A DNA stretch of 57,631 bases, the filler included, from Asterionella formosa (taxonomy: Eukaryota): NCBI GenBank assembly GCA_002256025.1. It is 7 parts of 7 records of this genome, joined end to end, with 100 filler letters (N's around TTAATTAATTAA, not from the genome) between each part and the next. Parts side by side here need not be neighbours in the genome. Positions count along the whole stretch, not along the records: positions 33,049 to 41,185 come from NKIB01012317.1; positions 41,286 to 49,419 come from NKIB01012318.1; 5 more parts are not named here. One strand, written 5' to 3'. Made by a program: the position numbers and the translations under genes. The stretch's first letter is position 1; each line of letters starts with the position of its first letter. The notes under the pieces are model-generated. The model saw only the letters and a program-made list of their open reading frames with translations. It did no database searches and was not told the DNA's origin. Shown one piece after another: positions 33,049 to 44,735 of this stretch.

Positions 33049-33598
33049 CGTTAAGTATTCCTTGAAAGTTCTTGTAGCACGCGTATGCGAGAAACTTCGC
33101 TTTCCACATGTGCCATTTAGCATCTTGCCCATCGAATGTCGGCAACCTCACTGACGTGTCTTCGTCACTTCCCATGGTTCCTGAGTAGCCTGTGGCCTTA
33201 AAGTGAACGCTTTAAAGCGTGTTGAAAGGTCTCGTACTCCTTCCCGTCTGACGGGTTCCTCTTACGTAGAACTTACCTGTTATACCACTAGTATTGTTAT
33301 CTTCTTTCTGCTGCTAGCCTTCGTGCTAGTTTTCGCTATTGACCTTACTCTGTCAATTCTCACTGTTTCTTAATTATAAGATTAAACTAAAACTAAGTTT
33401 CAATCCCATTCATCACACTTCGAGAACCTGTTCTTCGTGTTCCCTTTTCGTTGATGTAAACCTTCTTCTGATTGATCTAAGACATCAATCTCGTTAGCAA
33501 GCTTCTTGACATGGGAACGCACCATTTGACTCATTGGACTATAGTCGAGTCCACAGTCCTTGTGACTCATTATAGCCATTGATGCTATATTCTTGACA
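33049..33598 (-). mobile_element. Second Copia family A copy (LTR 33295-33598 plus gag start from 33175) on a different scaffold
   Basis: Reverse complement of 31833-32382. I spotted one substitution (G32151 versus A) by eye. Confidence 0.9.
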
Positions 33599-33852
33599 AC
33601 CATAGTCCCATTCAAGCAATTAGCTATAGTATCAAAATATGAAAAAAAATGAATGAGTACCACTAATATCGAACCTTCGAATAGTTTTATACAGCAATAT
33701 ATTAACTCTAACACACAAAGATCCTACTGTGCACTGCTGTTCCAAGGTGCTCTTGGAACTTCGGATCCATCATTTGTGCCTTTCCGAAGCCCACGAAAAT
33801 GTCAGGAATATGTTTATTTTGTATTTCATCTCACAATTGGAATCAGTTTGCA

Positions 33853-34784
33853 ATGTTGATCAAGTGGTTCTTCATTGTTTTTTACGTCTACGTTTCATTC
33901 CTCAAAGCATCAATAGCCATGTCAATCGAGATCCCAAAGAACGAGAGTTCCGAGCGCATCGCAAGTTGGTCCAGCCGTGTAAGTAACATTTGTTGCGACA
34001 GATTATCAGACAAGTCCAACTAATGTCACTCATCATCATCATCATCATCATCTATGTACATGTATATTTGCAGTGGCAAGCCGATAGCACTGGTTGGCAC
34101 AAAGATGATGTTCATGAGTTCTTGTTGAAGCATGGCTCCAAAGTCATTCCATCGTTTGAAGATACGGACGCAAGTTGCCCGAACCCAATCCGGATTCTTG
34201 TTCCATTGTGTGGCAAAACCGTCGATATGGCATTTCTTGCCAGTCACAAGTCAGTCTCGGAAGTCCTCGGGGTCGATGGCGTCCGCAAGGCGCTTGATTC
34301 ATTTGCTAAGATCCATAGCGGCCTAGAGATTACCCAGGTCGACGACCAGGGAGACGACTGCGAGCGATTGGCAGGAAAGTCAATTATGCTTCTCAAGGGG
34401 GATTTCTTCGAACTGGACGACAACAAAACTGGTGGTAAATTTGACGCGGTCTGGGATCGAGGCTCTATTGTTGCCATTGATCCATCGTTGCGAGAATCCT
34501 ATGTCGCAACAATGAGCAGGTTGGTAAAACCAGGTGGTGCATTGCTCATAACGACAGTGGAACGCCGAACGGGAACAGAAGAAGGTATGCAGACTGGTCC
34601 GCCGTTTTCTATTCCAGAATTGGAAATTCGACGATTGTATGAAGGACAAGACTGGGTAGAGAGTGTCATGTTACTAGAAGAAAGTGATGAGTTTGAAAAG
34701 AATCCTGACGACAAACCTCGATTTGTGGACCAAGGGGTCACGTCGCTATATGAACTTGCCTTTCTTGTCAAGGCAAAGTTGTAA
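33853..34784 (+). CDS. Thiopurine S-methyltransferase family protein with N-terminal signal peptide
   Basis: Exon 1 33853-33978, intron 33979-34073 (GTAAGT...TGCAG), exon 2 to 34784. The splice gives WSSR|WQADSTGWH. Motifs ILVPLCGKTVDM, GDFF, WDRGSIVAI and GPPF. Confidence 0.9.
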
Positions 34785-34859
34785 AAGCTGGGTTGAAGGA
34801 TTGGTTATCACCCAACAATCCATATGAGCACGTTATATGATTAAATACCAAAGTTTACT

Positions 34860-36218
34860 TTACTCTTCCATTGATAGTTCCACTAAATGCTGAATTCTCT
34901 TTGCAAATCTCCGGCAAGTAACAGCATGACATGCTGGGCAATCCATTGTGATAGACATAGTCAAGGTCGGTATTGGCGGAAGTCTCGGGGAATTACTTCG
35001 AACATGACGGGAAGCGCAAGCGAGACTCACGTCTCCAATGACAACAGTAGCATTGAAACCGTTCCGTGGAGCTACAGCCATCTCAATACTGCTGCTCTCT
35101 TCTGCTGACGAACTGTACAGAATGAGACAACTACCATAATCTTTCCTGTTGCCCATTTCTATAAATAAGGTAGCAAGTGCAGTGCAGATTCCCATGTCGT
35201 CGCGTTCATCGAATTTCTTCTGTCGTTTTGATATCATTGCCGAAATGTCGTCTAATGACTTGGACCTTACATCGTCCAGAGTCAGGAGGGTGTCCTGATC
35301 AAGAATGGAGAGGGCGATTTGTTCTCGCGTATAGTATGTATCCATTCCTAGCAGTGGTACTGACAATCGCCTACTGTTCATGCCACGAAATTCTGACAAT
35401 GCTTGACCAACCGCCTTAGTCACAATATGAAGGATGGAAATAACCGTAGGATTGTCGTCGTTTTGTTTTCGTTTGGCTAACAACCGTAAGACATTTCGTA
35501 ACGAGACGGAGAATCGACATGTGACTGGGCCAGTAAAAGATTGGCAAGTTAATGGGCTCCCAAGTTTAAGTTCCATTACAACACGAACAGCACCAAGTGC
35601 GCAAAGAATAAACACAATTTCATTGTTCGATGAGGATGCCGAGTACTTCCAAAGTATCAGGGGCGTTAGTAGGATGATCGCAAAGAAAAAAACGGAAGAC
35701 TCCTTTTGAGACAAGCCATAATTTTCTTCTAGAATAGGACGATCAGTGAAACTAGTCTCTTCCGGGCCTAGGCTTTGGCTGCACATATTCTCGAACTGTA
35801 TCTTCCGCCGAACACTATCGATGCCTGTTTGGCCTGGATTGCAGGCCCTGGACAAGTTCTCAACCCATTCGTCACGCGCCTCTTCGGTCGTATCTGCCAA
35901 ATAATATGGTTGACTGTTTTTGCCGGGTGCAGTAATGCTCAAAACGAAAAGATTCTCGTCAGGTCTACTCATTGCAATGTCCGCCGACACGACGCATCCG
36001 GAGAGGTACACTGTTCCGCGTGGAATCGTCTCGTAGTCGAGATTTTCTGACAGATCAACGGGATGATTCGTTCCCGCTGTGATCCTAGCATCTTGATTTC
36101 TCAGGAGATAGTATGTCAAAGTGCCGGTATCTTCTTGTAAGCGAAACCATCGCGGCCGCCACTGTCCTGTGAACACGTCGCGTCGCTTCCAGAGGACTCC
36201 GTCGCGTTCAGATGTCAT
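34860..36218 (-). CDS. PH domain + two TM helices + degenerate 2-oxoacid dehydrogenase E2-like domain (452 aa)
   Basis: PH: GVLWKRRDVF..WRPRWFRL...EEARDEWVENL. Two hydrophobic segments. E2-like: SILHIVTKAVGQALSEFRGMNSR, KSLDDIS and MSITMDCPACHAVTCRRFAKRIQHLVE. An upstream in-frame ATG at 36374 is possible. Confidence 0.75.
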   Translation of the reverse strand: MTSERDGVLWKRRDVFTGQWRPRWFRLQEDTGTLTYYLLRNQDARITAGTNHPVDLSENLDYETIPRGTVYLSGCVVSADIAMSRPDENLFVLSITAPGKNSQPYYLADTTEEARDEWVENLSRACNPGQTGIDSVRRKIQFENMCSQSLGPEETSFTDRPILEENYGLSQKESSVFFFAIILLTPLILWKYSASSSNNEIVFILCALGAVRVVMELKLGSPLTCQSFTGPVTCRFSVSLRNVLRLLAKRKQNDDNPTVISILHIVTKAVGQALSEFRGMNSRRLSVPLLGMDTYYTREQIALSILDQDTLLTLDDVRSKSLDDISAMISKRQKKFDERDDMGICTALATLFIEMGNRKDYGSCLILYSSSAEESSSIEMAVAPRNGFNATVVIGDVSLACASRHVRSNSPRLPPIPTLTMSITMDCPACHAVTCRRFAKRIQHLVELSMEE

Positions 36219-37362
36219 TGGCGTACTAATAGGAGTACTGATAGTACTTATGCTACTATTCACTAGAAACTCTCTGCGGTGACGATGTTCGGCAAACAAA
36301 GGAATGACAGCAAAGCATGAGCGATTGGAATCCATTTTGTCAGAATGACATATTTGAATACAAGCATTTGTCATTCTTCGCGACCTCTCGCATCGTTCTT
36401 ATGCCTCAGGCCGTACTAAAGAATTTCTCAGTAGTACCAGTAGCATAGTATCAATTTGTTCATTTTATTCCTGTGGCACAAGAATTGCAGTACCAGGTGT
36501 ACCTACTCTTCGGCTCTACGGTACCTGGTACATGGTACTCTATCTACATGCTTTTGTTATATCATAAGAATTTTAGCTGTCGGTAAATCTTGTCCTTTTA
36601 TAAACGACCTGTACATAAGAATAGCAGTAAGAACTGAGAACCGCCATTTACCGCAAAATGCCCGCCCGATGGTACATATGATGTGAAAAATTCAAAGTAA
36701 TAGGTAGTTGCAAGTGCATATGCCTATTTGAAAAGAAACCAAGCAAATACGGTAAGCGAATACCGGTAAGCAAATAAGCAAAACAGGCAAATAAGGAAAT
36801 AAGCAAGCAAGCAATCGACACATCACCATCCAACACAAACAACGAGCAGGGCAACAAATTCCAATGGATAATAATGTAATGAAAGAGCAACAAACTACCT
36901 CTTATCATCTTCTCTCTCATATAATAGCTACCAAAGGTAAAAGTTAAGGCTTTAACATACCTGATGGTACCATGCTACAAACCAGGACCATGGTAACACG
37001 AGGGGACAACAAAACAGGCAAGTGATAGTTCTCCTTCCATAGTTCAAGTCCAAACAACGTTATCCACTTTCTATTCAGGGTGTTAAATGCCATGAAGATT
37101 GAAATCATCTACAGCACAACATAAGCATAACAACAGTGCAGCTATTCCCATTTGTGGGAGTACATCCACAATTCTTCCATCATTTCAGTGCCCATAGCTA
37201 GTGACCACCACATTTGTTGGGTTGATACTGGGTTGGTTAGTAAAATATGAAAACTTGGGCTGATAGCACCACCATAAGTGCTACTCAGGCTACCTAATGA
37301 GGAATAGAGAGTCACAAGGTGCTTGATAAGTGAAGTTACTATATACTATCGATACCCATATA

Positions 37363-37706
37363 GGGGGATTGCTTAGCTGGTTATCACGCCTTCATAGGTG
37401 GCGGGTTCACATTCCTGCATTCTCCACCTGTCTTTCATTTTCATTTACCCCCTAGGGTTCCGGGGGTGCGGCTAATGAATTAAGAAAGACAGGCTCCCAT
37501 TGTACCATACGGACAATTAAAAATGGTACAGATCCCCATGCAGCATTGCCCAAAGTCACCATGTTTGTTGGGATGATTCTGGGTTGGCAAGTAAGTACAT
37601 AATTACATGAACATCAGGTCTGGCAGCGCCAGGAAGCGCTACGCGGTCTACCCTTCTAGCAAATGATAAGTCTTGAAGCAATTAATATAAGTGAGGTTAA
37701 TTTTTA
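37363..37706 (+). mobile_element. tRNA-derived SINE-like element, copy 2
   Basis: Head GGGGGATTGCTTAGCTGG...GCGGGTTCACATTCCTGCATTCTCCACC; body colinear with copy 1; T-rich end. Possible decayed TSD atcgatacccatatag / atctttcccggtatag (11/16). Confidence 0.72.
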
Positions 37707-38492
37707 ATCTTTCCCGGTATAGGATACATCACTCAATTAATTTATTCAGGTACTATTTTTGTAGACTGTATGAATGTTGATAACACTGCTATTAGTAAGT
37801 AGAACTTATGCTAATAATGCAACCTATCAACACAGTTGCTTAGCTAGACTATGATGATAAAGAAACAAACATTGATCTATGTAAATGTATTGTATTATTT
37901 CTTTTGCTCCATTTCATAGAAATACAAATGACAGCATTCCTATGCCTCACTCAGATAAAGGCAGACCAGAACATGATTCTGAATGTTCATTCCCAGGCCA
38001 TTTCACGTCATGCAGATGTCTTGTTGGTTCTGTTTGTCGCTTCCAATTTCTGTGATTACTGCCAAGTACTAGGTGATGCAAATAATATAATTCCGACATT
38101 CGCCATCTTCCGGCAGAGGCTAGTTTGTCATCATGAAGAAATCTTCTACAATAAATGGGAATGCTCGTGATAGAGATGAATATTTTAGTCAGCTCTATCT
38201 ACTAGTAGTGCCATGAAGAGGGTGAAGCAAACTGGTGATTGGGCGCATACAGCTAATCACAATAATTATGCCGGCAAGCTCACCTCTTTGAACCTTACAA
38301 ACTAGGATGGGCAGGAAAAGTAGAACGTTCGATCAAGATTCCTGTGTTTAATTACGCAACATGTCGCCAACAGTATTTAAAATTGTTTAGATACTGTTGC
38401 TACTTTGTTCTGTTGTTCACGTTGAGCGTCTGTTTTCAACACACTCAACACCTCACACCTCACCTCTCCTCCTGTACAAATATACTATCTGT

Positions 38493-39307
38493 TTAGTGAT
38501 GAGCACCCACAGATTCATCAGGAATATGAAGCATCTTGAAAAAGAGTCCCAAATCCTTGATGTAGTAGATGTTCTCATCATTGTGAATGGTAAACCAGAA
38601 CATGGCATGTGTCTCGGGATCTTGGTATCCAACAACACGGTTATCCATTCTGGAAGGAATGAGAATGGGAGAAGCAAATGAGCCTGCACCTTCGGGAGGG
38701 ACGAGACCTAGGTCGTTGAATCCGTCCATGTTCTTTTCTTCCAACTCATCAAGATCTTGAAGACTGTCCAAGCCAAGTTCCTCAAGATCCTTTTTGATAT
38801 CGTCCGTGACAAACTCGGGAAGTGGAGCAATTTCTTCCGGGAGCTTATGGTCTCGGTTGGTAGGGATCAAGTTATCGGGTGGTCTTCTAGCGGCGAGCAA
38901 ATCAAAGGGATTCGTCCACTTGCTGGAGCCCTTTGTGGGCTTCCCATCGTCGCTGCCTGTAGCCAAGCATCGGATTGATGACTGAGCTACCAAGCGTTGA
39001 CGGCACGACACCCTTGCGACACTATATTCAGAGCGTGCAAAAGGAGACAGAAAGAGAAACGTTAGCAGATGACAGCAGCAAAAAGGAACAGCCGAACTCA
39101 AGCACGGCAATATTATAGTACAATCGCGCCCCAACTGACTAGTTCGATTAACAAGGATACACGAGGAATATTACGGCGACCGCAACGTCGATTTTTCGCC
39201 ACAGTCATCCACTTGTTTACTCTAACCTTGTTTCCGTCTCGTCATTAACATTGGAAGGATGCTGTTACAATGAAAGAAACTCACGTTCGAACGGAAGCAG
39301 CCAACAT
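38493..39307 (-). CDS. COX5B: Cytochrome c oxidase subunit Vb homologue (mitochondrial)
   Basis: Exon 1 39285-39307 (MLAASVRT), phase-2 intron 39022-39284 (GTGAGT...GCTAAC...TAG), exon 2 to 38493. Mitochondrial presequence; GSFASPILIPSRMDNRVVGY...WF...LGLFFKM matches the COX5B core. Confidence 0.8.
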
Positions 39308-39691
39308 GATAGAAGTTGCAACTGTGCCTTTTGTTTCCACAAGTCAAGTGTGATGCTCGCTTTCTTTTCATGATCCCCACCTGATTGCAGCTACCGGTAC
39401 ATTTTATTTGCACGAGAAGATTAACCCGACCTTTGGGGATATGATACGTCATCACTGGTTCGTTTCGGTATGTACTGTACATCCTCCCTGCGGCTGGTTG
39501 CTTTACATCATGGTACCAGGTACCAGGAGGTATGTACCAGCTACCTCTTGGCCGTATAAAAAGTGAGTATCGTATGCCGGTACCCGAGTACTATATACAG
39601 TGTGTTTACATGTATGGATTACATAAATCACTACATATGAATGATTACCTATAATGTGGTGAAGAAAATAGAAACCTCGGGGCGCCAAATC

Positions 39692-41057
39692 CGAAGTAAC
39701 TTCGACACAATTACCGTCTCGTCCGTTTCGTCTTTCTCCATATGTAGTCTGTGTAGTAGCTTTGTGGGTACTTTGCTGCAATATATAAAATCTACCCATC
39801 AAATACGAGAATAGCGAGAAAGAAATACTAAGTAGAAGTAGCATAAATGGTTTTTGAATTCGGTGCTAAGTAAACGTGTCCCTTTACCAAATCCGGGTTC
39901 AAAATGCGGATCCAATCTCCGGGTTCTGCGGCAGTCGAGTTGCGCTTTGCCGTGGGAGGGACGTAGGGTGGGTGATTTTAGACTATAAATTGCGAAAGGC
40001 TTGGCGATGCTTTAGACTGCTTCTCTGAATTGTTATTCAAAGAATTGTGTGCTTCACCCTTCTTGCACTAATTCACTTGTTTAACCTCGCGTGGTTGCGC
40101 TTGTCTTCCCTCGTCTTAGCTGCCGACTCTTGGTTGTTCGATTCAACTCTAAAAGCTAGAACTTAATAGTCGCGTTGTCGCTATATTAAATTCTCAGCTT
40201 CGACTCCTTCGATTTGCGTCATGTGGTTTGTATCATCCGGTGCTCGCCTGTTATACTAACTCCATCGCGTCCGTCCTTGTCCGTAATATCAACGAAGTAA
40301 CTTCGACACAATTACCGTCTCGTCCGTTTCGTCTTTCTCCATATGTAGTCTGTGTAGTAGCTTTGTGAGTACTTTGCTGCAATATATAAAATCTACCCAT
40401 CAAATACGAGAATAGCGAGCCAGAAATACTAAGTAGAAGTAGCATAAATGGTTTTTGAATTTGGTGCTAAGTAAACGTGTCCCTTTGCTAAATCCGGGTT
40501 CAAAATGCGGATCCAATCTCCGGGTTCTGCGGCAGTCGAGTTGCGCTTTGCTGATCCACTTTCTTGTCACGACGAATTATGTTAGATGAGCCGTGGCATG
40601 CACATCTCGCCCTGCCATTGTCGATCGAGGTGTGAATGCTATTGTATGTTCCGGCGGATGGAAGAATGTCGTTGTCGTGATCATCTTTTGGCTAACTGAC
40701 TTTGTAAATTCTGCCACTTGCTTACGGATGTAAATTAGAAATGCGTCTGATTTCCAGCGACCGATTAGCATGACCATGTAGTTTGGCACTCCTGATAGAA
40801 TCATCGCCATTGCTTGCTGCAGCGCTGCGTATGGAGTGTAGACCTATGTCAAGTGGATCATGTCCTAGTTGATCCCTTCCGAGTGCTGTCGCAAGTTTTC
40901 GAACATGTTTGATGGCGGTCTCGGATTTTAGTGTGTATGTGTGGTTCCCGGACTGGTAGGGGTTAATTGTGGAATCTGCAGTTTGTCCAGAGATGGCGAG
41001 GATGCGATTGACAATGCAAGCGCCTTGACGGACAGGACACATGATTGGGTCTGTGGT
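39692..41057 (-). mobile_element. 3' end of an Ngaro/PAT-type DIRS retrotransposon: tyrosine recombinase followed by B1-A2-B2 split direct repeats
   Basis: 259-bp direct repeats at 39692-39950 and 40293-40551 (about 6 mismatches) around a 342-bp spacer, immediately downstream of the YR coding region. Confidence 0.8.
40577..41057 (-). pseudogene. Tyrosine recombinase C-terminal half, frameshifted and truncated by another element
   Basis: MCPV...IGLHSIRSAAA /frameshift near 40812/ MAMILSGVP..VMLIGRWKSDAFLIYIR contains the HxxR, W and catalytic Y motifs. Confidence 0.85.
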
Positions 41058-41185
41058 ACATCTAAGACGCGAAATACGCCACTTTTCGAAATTTCGTCTA
41101 CGTATGAGTGTTAATTATGTGGTACTTCACATGCATTAATGCCACTCTTCACGTAAAAAAGATTACTTTTAACGGTTTCATGTGA
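41058..41185 (+). mobile_element. Second copy of the unclassified element terminus, inserted into the YR gene
   Basis: Near-identical reverse complement of about 25546-25673. Confidence 0.8.
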
Positions 41186-41741
41186 NNNNNNNNNNNNNNN
41201 NNNNNNNNNNNNNNNNNNNNNNNNNNNNNTTAATTAATTAANNNNNNNNNNNNNNNNNNNNNNNNNNNNNNNNNNNNNNNNNNNNGGTACCGTACTCCTG
41301 TCAGGACATTGGCAACGGTAGTCTACTCCCACCTCGTACTGTATGCATTCCATACATTATACAGTATTACTGGTCCAGTGCCAGGTACCTTCCATGGAGT
41401 AGCATGGAGGAAGCAACGGCCCACCCATAATTGCTAAGATCCGCTACTCCATTCATTCTACGTAAAATAAATATGGGTGTGCACACCAGTATTGTTATTT
41501 GGGGTCGAAATCGAAAGACATGCAGATAAAATGAACTTCTCCATACGGTTCTGGTATATCTGGTACTCCTACCAGGTACTGGTAACGGTATATACCGACT
41601 AGTCCGGAGTCCGGTGTGGTCGAACATTTACCAGCCTGTACCATTGTTTAATTTGAAACAACCTCTCCTTCTCTTTGCTTCCCTTGCGACTCTCTCACTT
41701 TTGCATTTGTGGAAGCCGCATCACTGAACGGATTAATAAAA

Positions 41742-42283
<542 letters not shown>

Positions 42284-42529
42284 AGCATTTTAGATCATCA
42301 GCGTATTTAATGGCGAATGAAAAGCACCCGTTTTATCCAGAAATTAGTAAACGGGAATGAAACAGTTCCTACACAACGCCAATTTGACGATTCATTGAGC
42401 TCAGAAAAAGTGAGAAGGGAATCACTTTGCTGCTTGCGTGTTACATTGACTATTAACGTATAAATGTTACGAGCCAGAAGGAAAGTTTTGTATGTCTTCA
42501 TGTTAGTATTCCATCATCCCACTTCTTCA

Positions 42530-43590
42530 TTACAAACGCTCTCCGAATCCTGGCGTCCACCGATCATTATTGATAGCATATCGCTTAAAGGACTCCTCTC
42601 GCACTAGATTTGCCACATCTCGTAACAGAGGTTTTGTTTTGTATGATTGGAGGAGCTCGCATGTACCATCTGGTTTCTCAAGGAGCGCCTGCCACGGTCC
42701 AGGAAACGTACGAAACACCCAACCCTTTGAAATTCGCTTCAAATAATAAGCTTCCTCAAAGCCACGCTTGTTTCCAAGATCGTATGTCGTTGAATACGCG
42801 TTGTTCAAGACCACAAATGGAGCCTTTGGTGAGGCATGAGCACTGACCAATCGATCCCAAGTCTCCTCTCCACCCGGATTGATGCAAATGATGCATTCCC
42901 CATTGCGACCCTCTCGCCTTGCTTCTTGAGACATTGGGGTACCACGCCGACTAATATCTCCCAAAGATCCAATTTCACGAAAGTCCACTGGCTCTGGAGT
43001 TAGCACACAAACCGGTGTCCCGCCCAAAACACCCCCTTTGGCAGCACCAGCAATCTTTTTGGCCCAGAAAATATTGGAATACCCCACAAGCTGTCTGGAC
43101 AGATTCGAACCTGGTCTATAACCACCCTTCACATTTAGTTCCTTGGACACAATTTCTTTCCCGAACTTTTGGTTTAGGGGAGTACCGAACTTGACTTCGT
43201 CGAGATTTGGGACAGGAGGAAAATTGACTTCGATTTTGATCTAAGTATAGAAGGATACATTTCTAGTTAAGACCATCACTTATCAATAAAGCTACATAGA
43301 ATTTTGTATCCACTTGGTGTACACAACTCCTCCAGAGTTCCTTTTTCTAAACTCGCAATAGCTGATGCACAATAGAATCTACATTCGGTTACTCAATTAG
43401 TACTCACCTTTCCAGCAGAGATTGCTCTGGCAACGGCAGAACTAGCTTGCTTCGCGATTTGATCATTGAACCAACTATCATACAGTTTTGGCATTTCTTT
43501 TCCTCCATCAATGAGAGGAACAAACGCGTAACAGGTACTGCATAAGAATAACAGGAAGAATGCGAAGTGATGACTGATCCGCGTCGTCAT
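42530..43590 (-). CDS. Plastid-targeted DUF1995 (LPA3-like) protein
   Basis: Exon 1 43408-43590, intron 43241-43407, exon 2 to 42530. Bipartite signal ...CSTCYA-FVP; QASSAVARAISAGK|IKIEVNFPP and AYYLK...GWVFRTFPGPWQ. Confidence 0.8.
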
Positions 43591-43946
43591 GGTGCAAAAA
43601 TGGGTTGTTTCCCTGCGGTTGAGGTTGGAGAAAATGTGAAGATCTAAATAAATATTATGTGCATTTACCGGTAGGAGTGTTATACAGACTGACTGATCCA
43701 TTACGTTGAGTGTAACAGTGTATAATGATATTTTTGTCCCACACCACTACCGGTTTATTACCGTTGCATGCGTATGTCTATACCGGTATGTGATAATGAT
43801 ATTAAAAAACTACATCCGGCCTATTTCCACCGAAGGGAGTACTGAGCCGTACAAACAAACAATGAGAGAGATCACTAAATATCTTCTTCCAAGCAAGCGA
43901 ACCATTGGTAGTACTCGTTTGTTGTGGTAGCTTCTTACAATATATC

Positions 43947-44608
43947 ATGATGTGGTTTCCGAGAACATTGTATTTGATTGTGGTGTTCCTCTGTTCGGTC
44001 CAGACAATGGCTCGAGCTGACGACGCGAAAGAGTCGGGAGGTAACATCGTCGATTCCCTGAAGGCAGCCTACGACGATCTACCTCCTCGTGGGAAGCTTG
44101 CTGTAGGGGCAGTCGCTGGATTCGCCACATCGCGAGTTGCAGTCAAGACTGCCGTTGGAGCAGTCAAATTGGCTGGTGCTGCCTTCATTGTGTAAGTTAC
44201 AATATTTCATAAAAGGCCATGTCATGGCTTACTTTGACAGGTGATTGTGATTGTGGGTGCAACATGTCACACAACATCCCCATCTTGTGAAGATACAAAC
44301 GAACGGCCCCAATTTAAATTCATTGTATTTCCCCTTTTTCATTCTCTATTCACTCCCCATGCTTATAAAGAACGGAAGTTGCTAGCTTGACTGGTGTCTT
44401 GAATCACGTCAATCTTGGAGAGGAGAACAAATTGCACATCAACCAAGCGAGAAATACAGTTACGAACGTGGTAAACGGCTTTCGTGATCAAGTCAAGCGT
44501 CGGTTGAATCCGGAGAGCGTGCACAACACGATCGCTAGTGCCATGGGGAAGGAGAAAATGGCAACCCTGGGAGCTGCAGCTGGGGCATTCGTAGGATTCT
44601 TGATCTAG
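43947..44608 (+). CDS. FUN14-like membrane protein with signal peptide
   Basis: Exon 1 43947-44191, intron 44192-44370, exon 2 to 44608. KLAVGAVAGF...KLAGAAFIVTEVASLTGVL and C-terminal GAAAGAFVGFLI resemble FUN14. Confidence 0.65.
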
Positions 44609-44735
44609 CTTGTGACTCATTATAGGCTTGTACTACTATAATTACCTACTTGGGCGGTCTCGTCGATTAACGTTTAAGGGCAAGATATTCTTCAGAGGGA
44701 ACATTTTTAATATTGAATACACATACGCGGGAATG

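Noticed and set aside
31831..33603. Apparent giant inverted-repeat element (two LTR+gag copies facing each other, with a CAT 'TSD')
   Set aside because: The copies lie on different scaffolds joined by an artificial spacer. Both simply break in the same young repeat, and a 3-bp match is expected by chance.
37363..37428. Functional tRNA gene
   Set aside because: The anticodon arm is degenerate and differs between the two copies, and the head is attached to a repeated body; treated as a SINE head.
37427..37493. Hammerhead ribozyme in the SINE body (ctaatga...gaaa)
   Set aside because: The core is CTAATGA, and stems I and II cannot form; a simple long hairpin explains the pairing.
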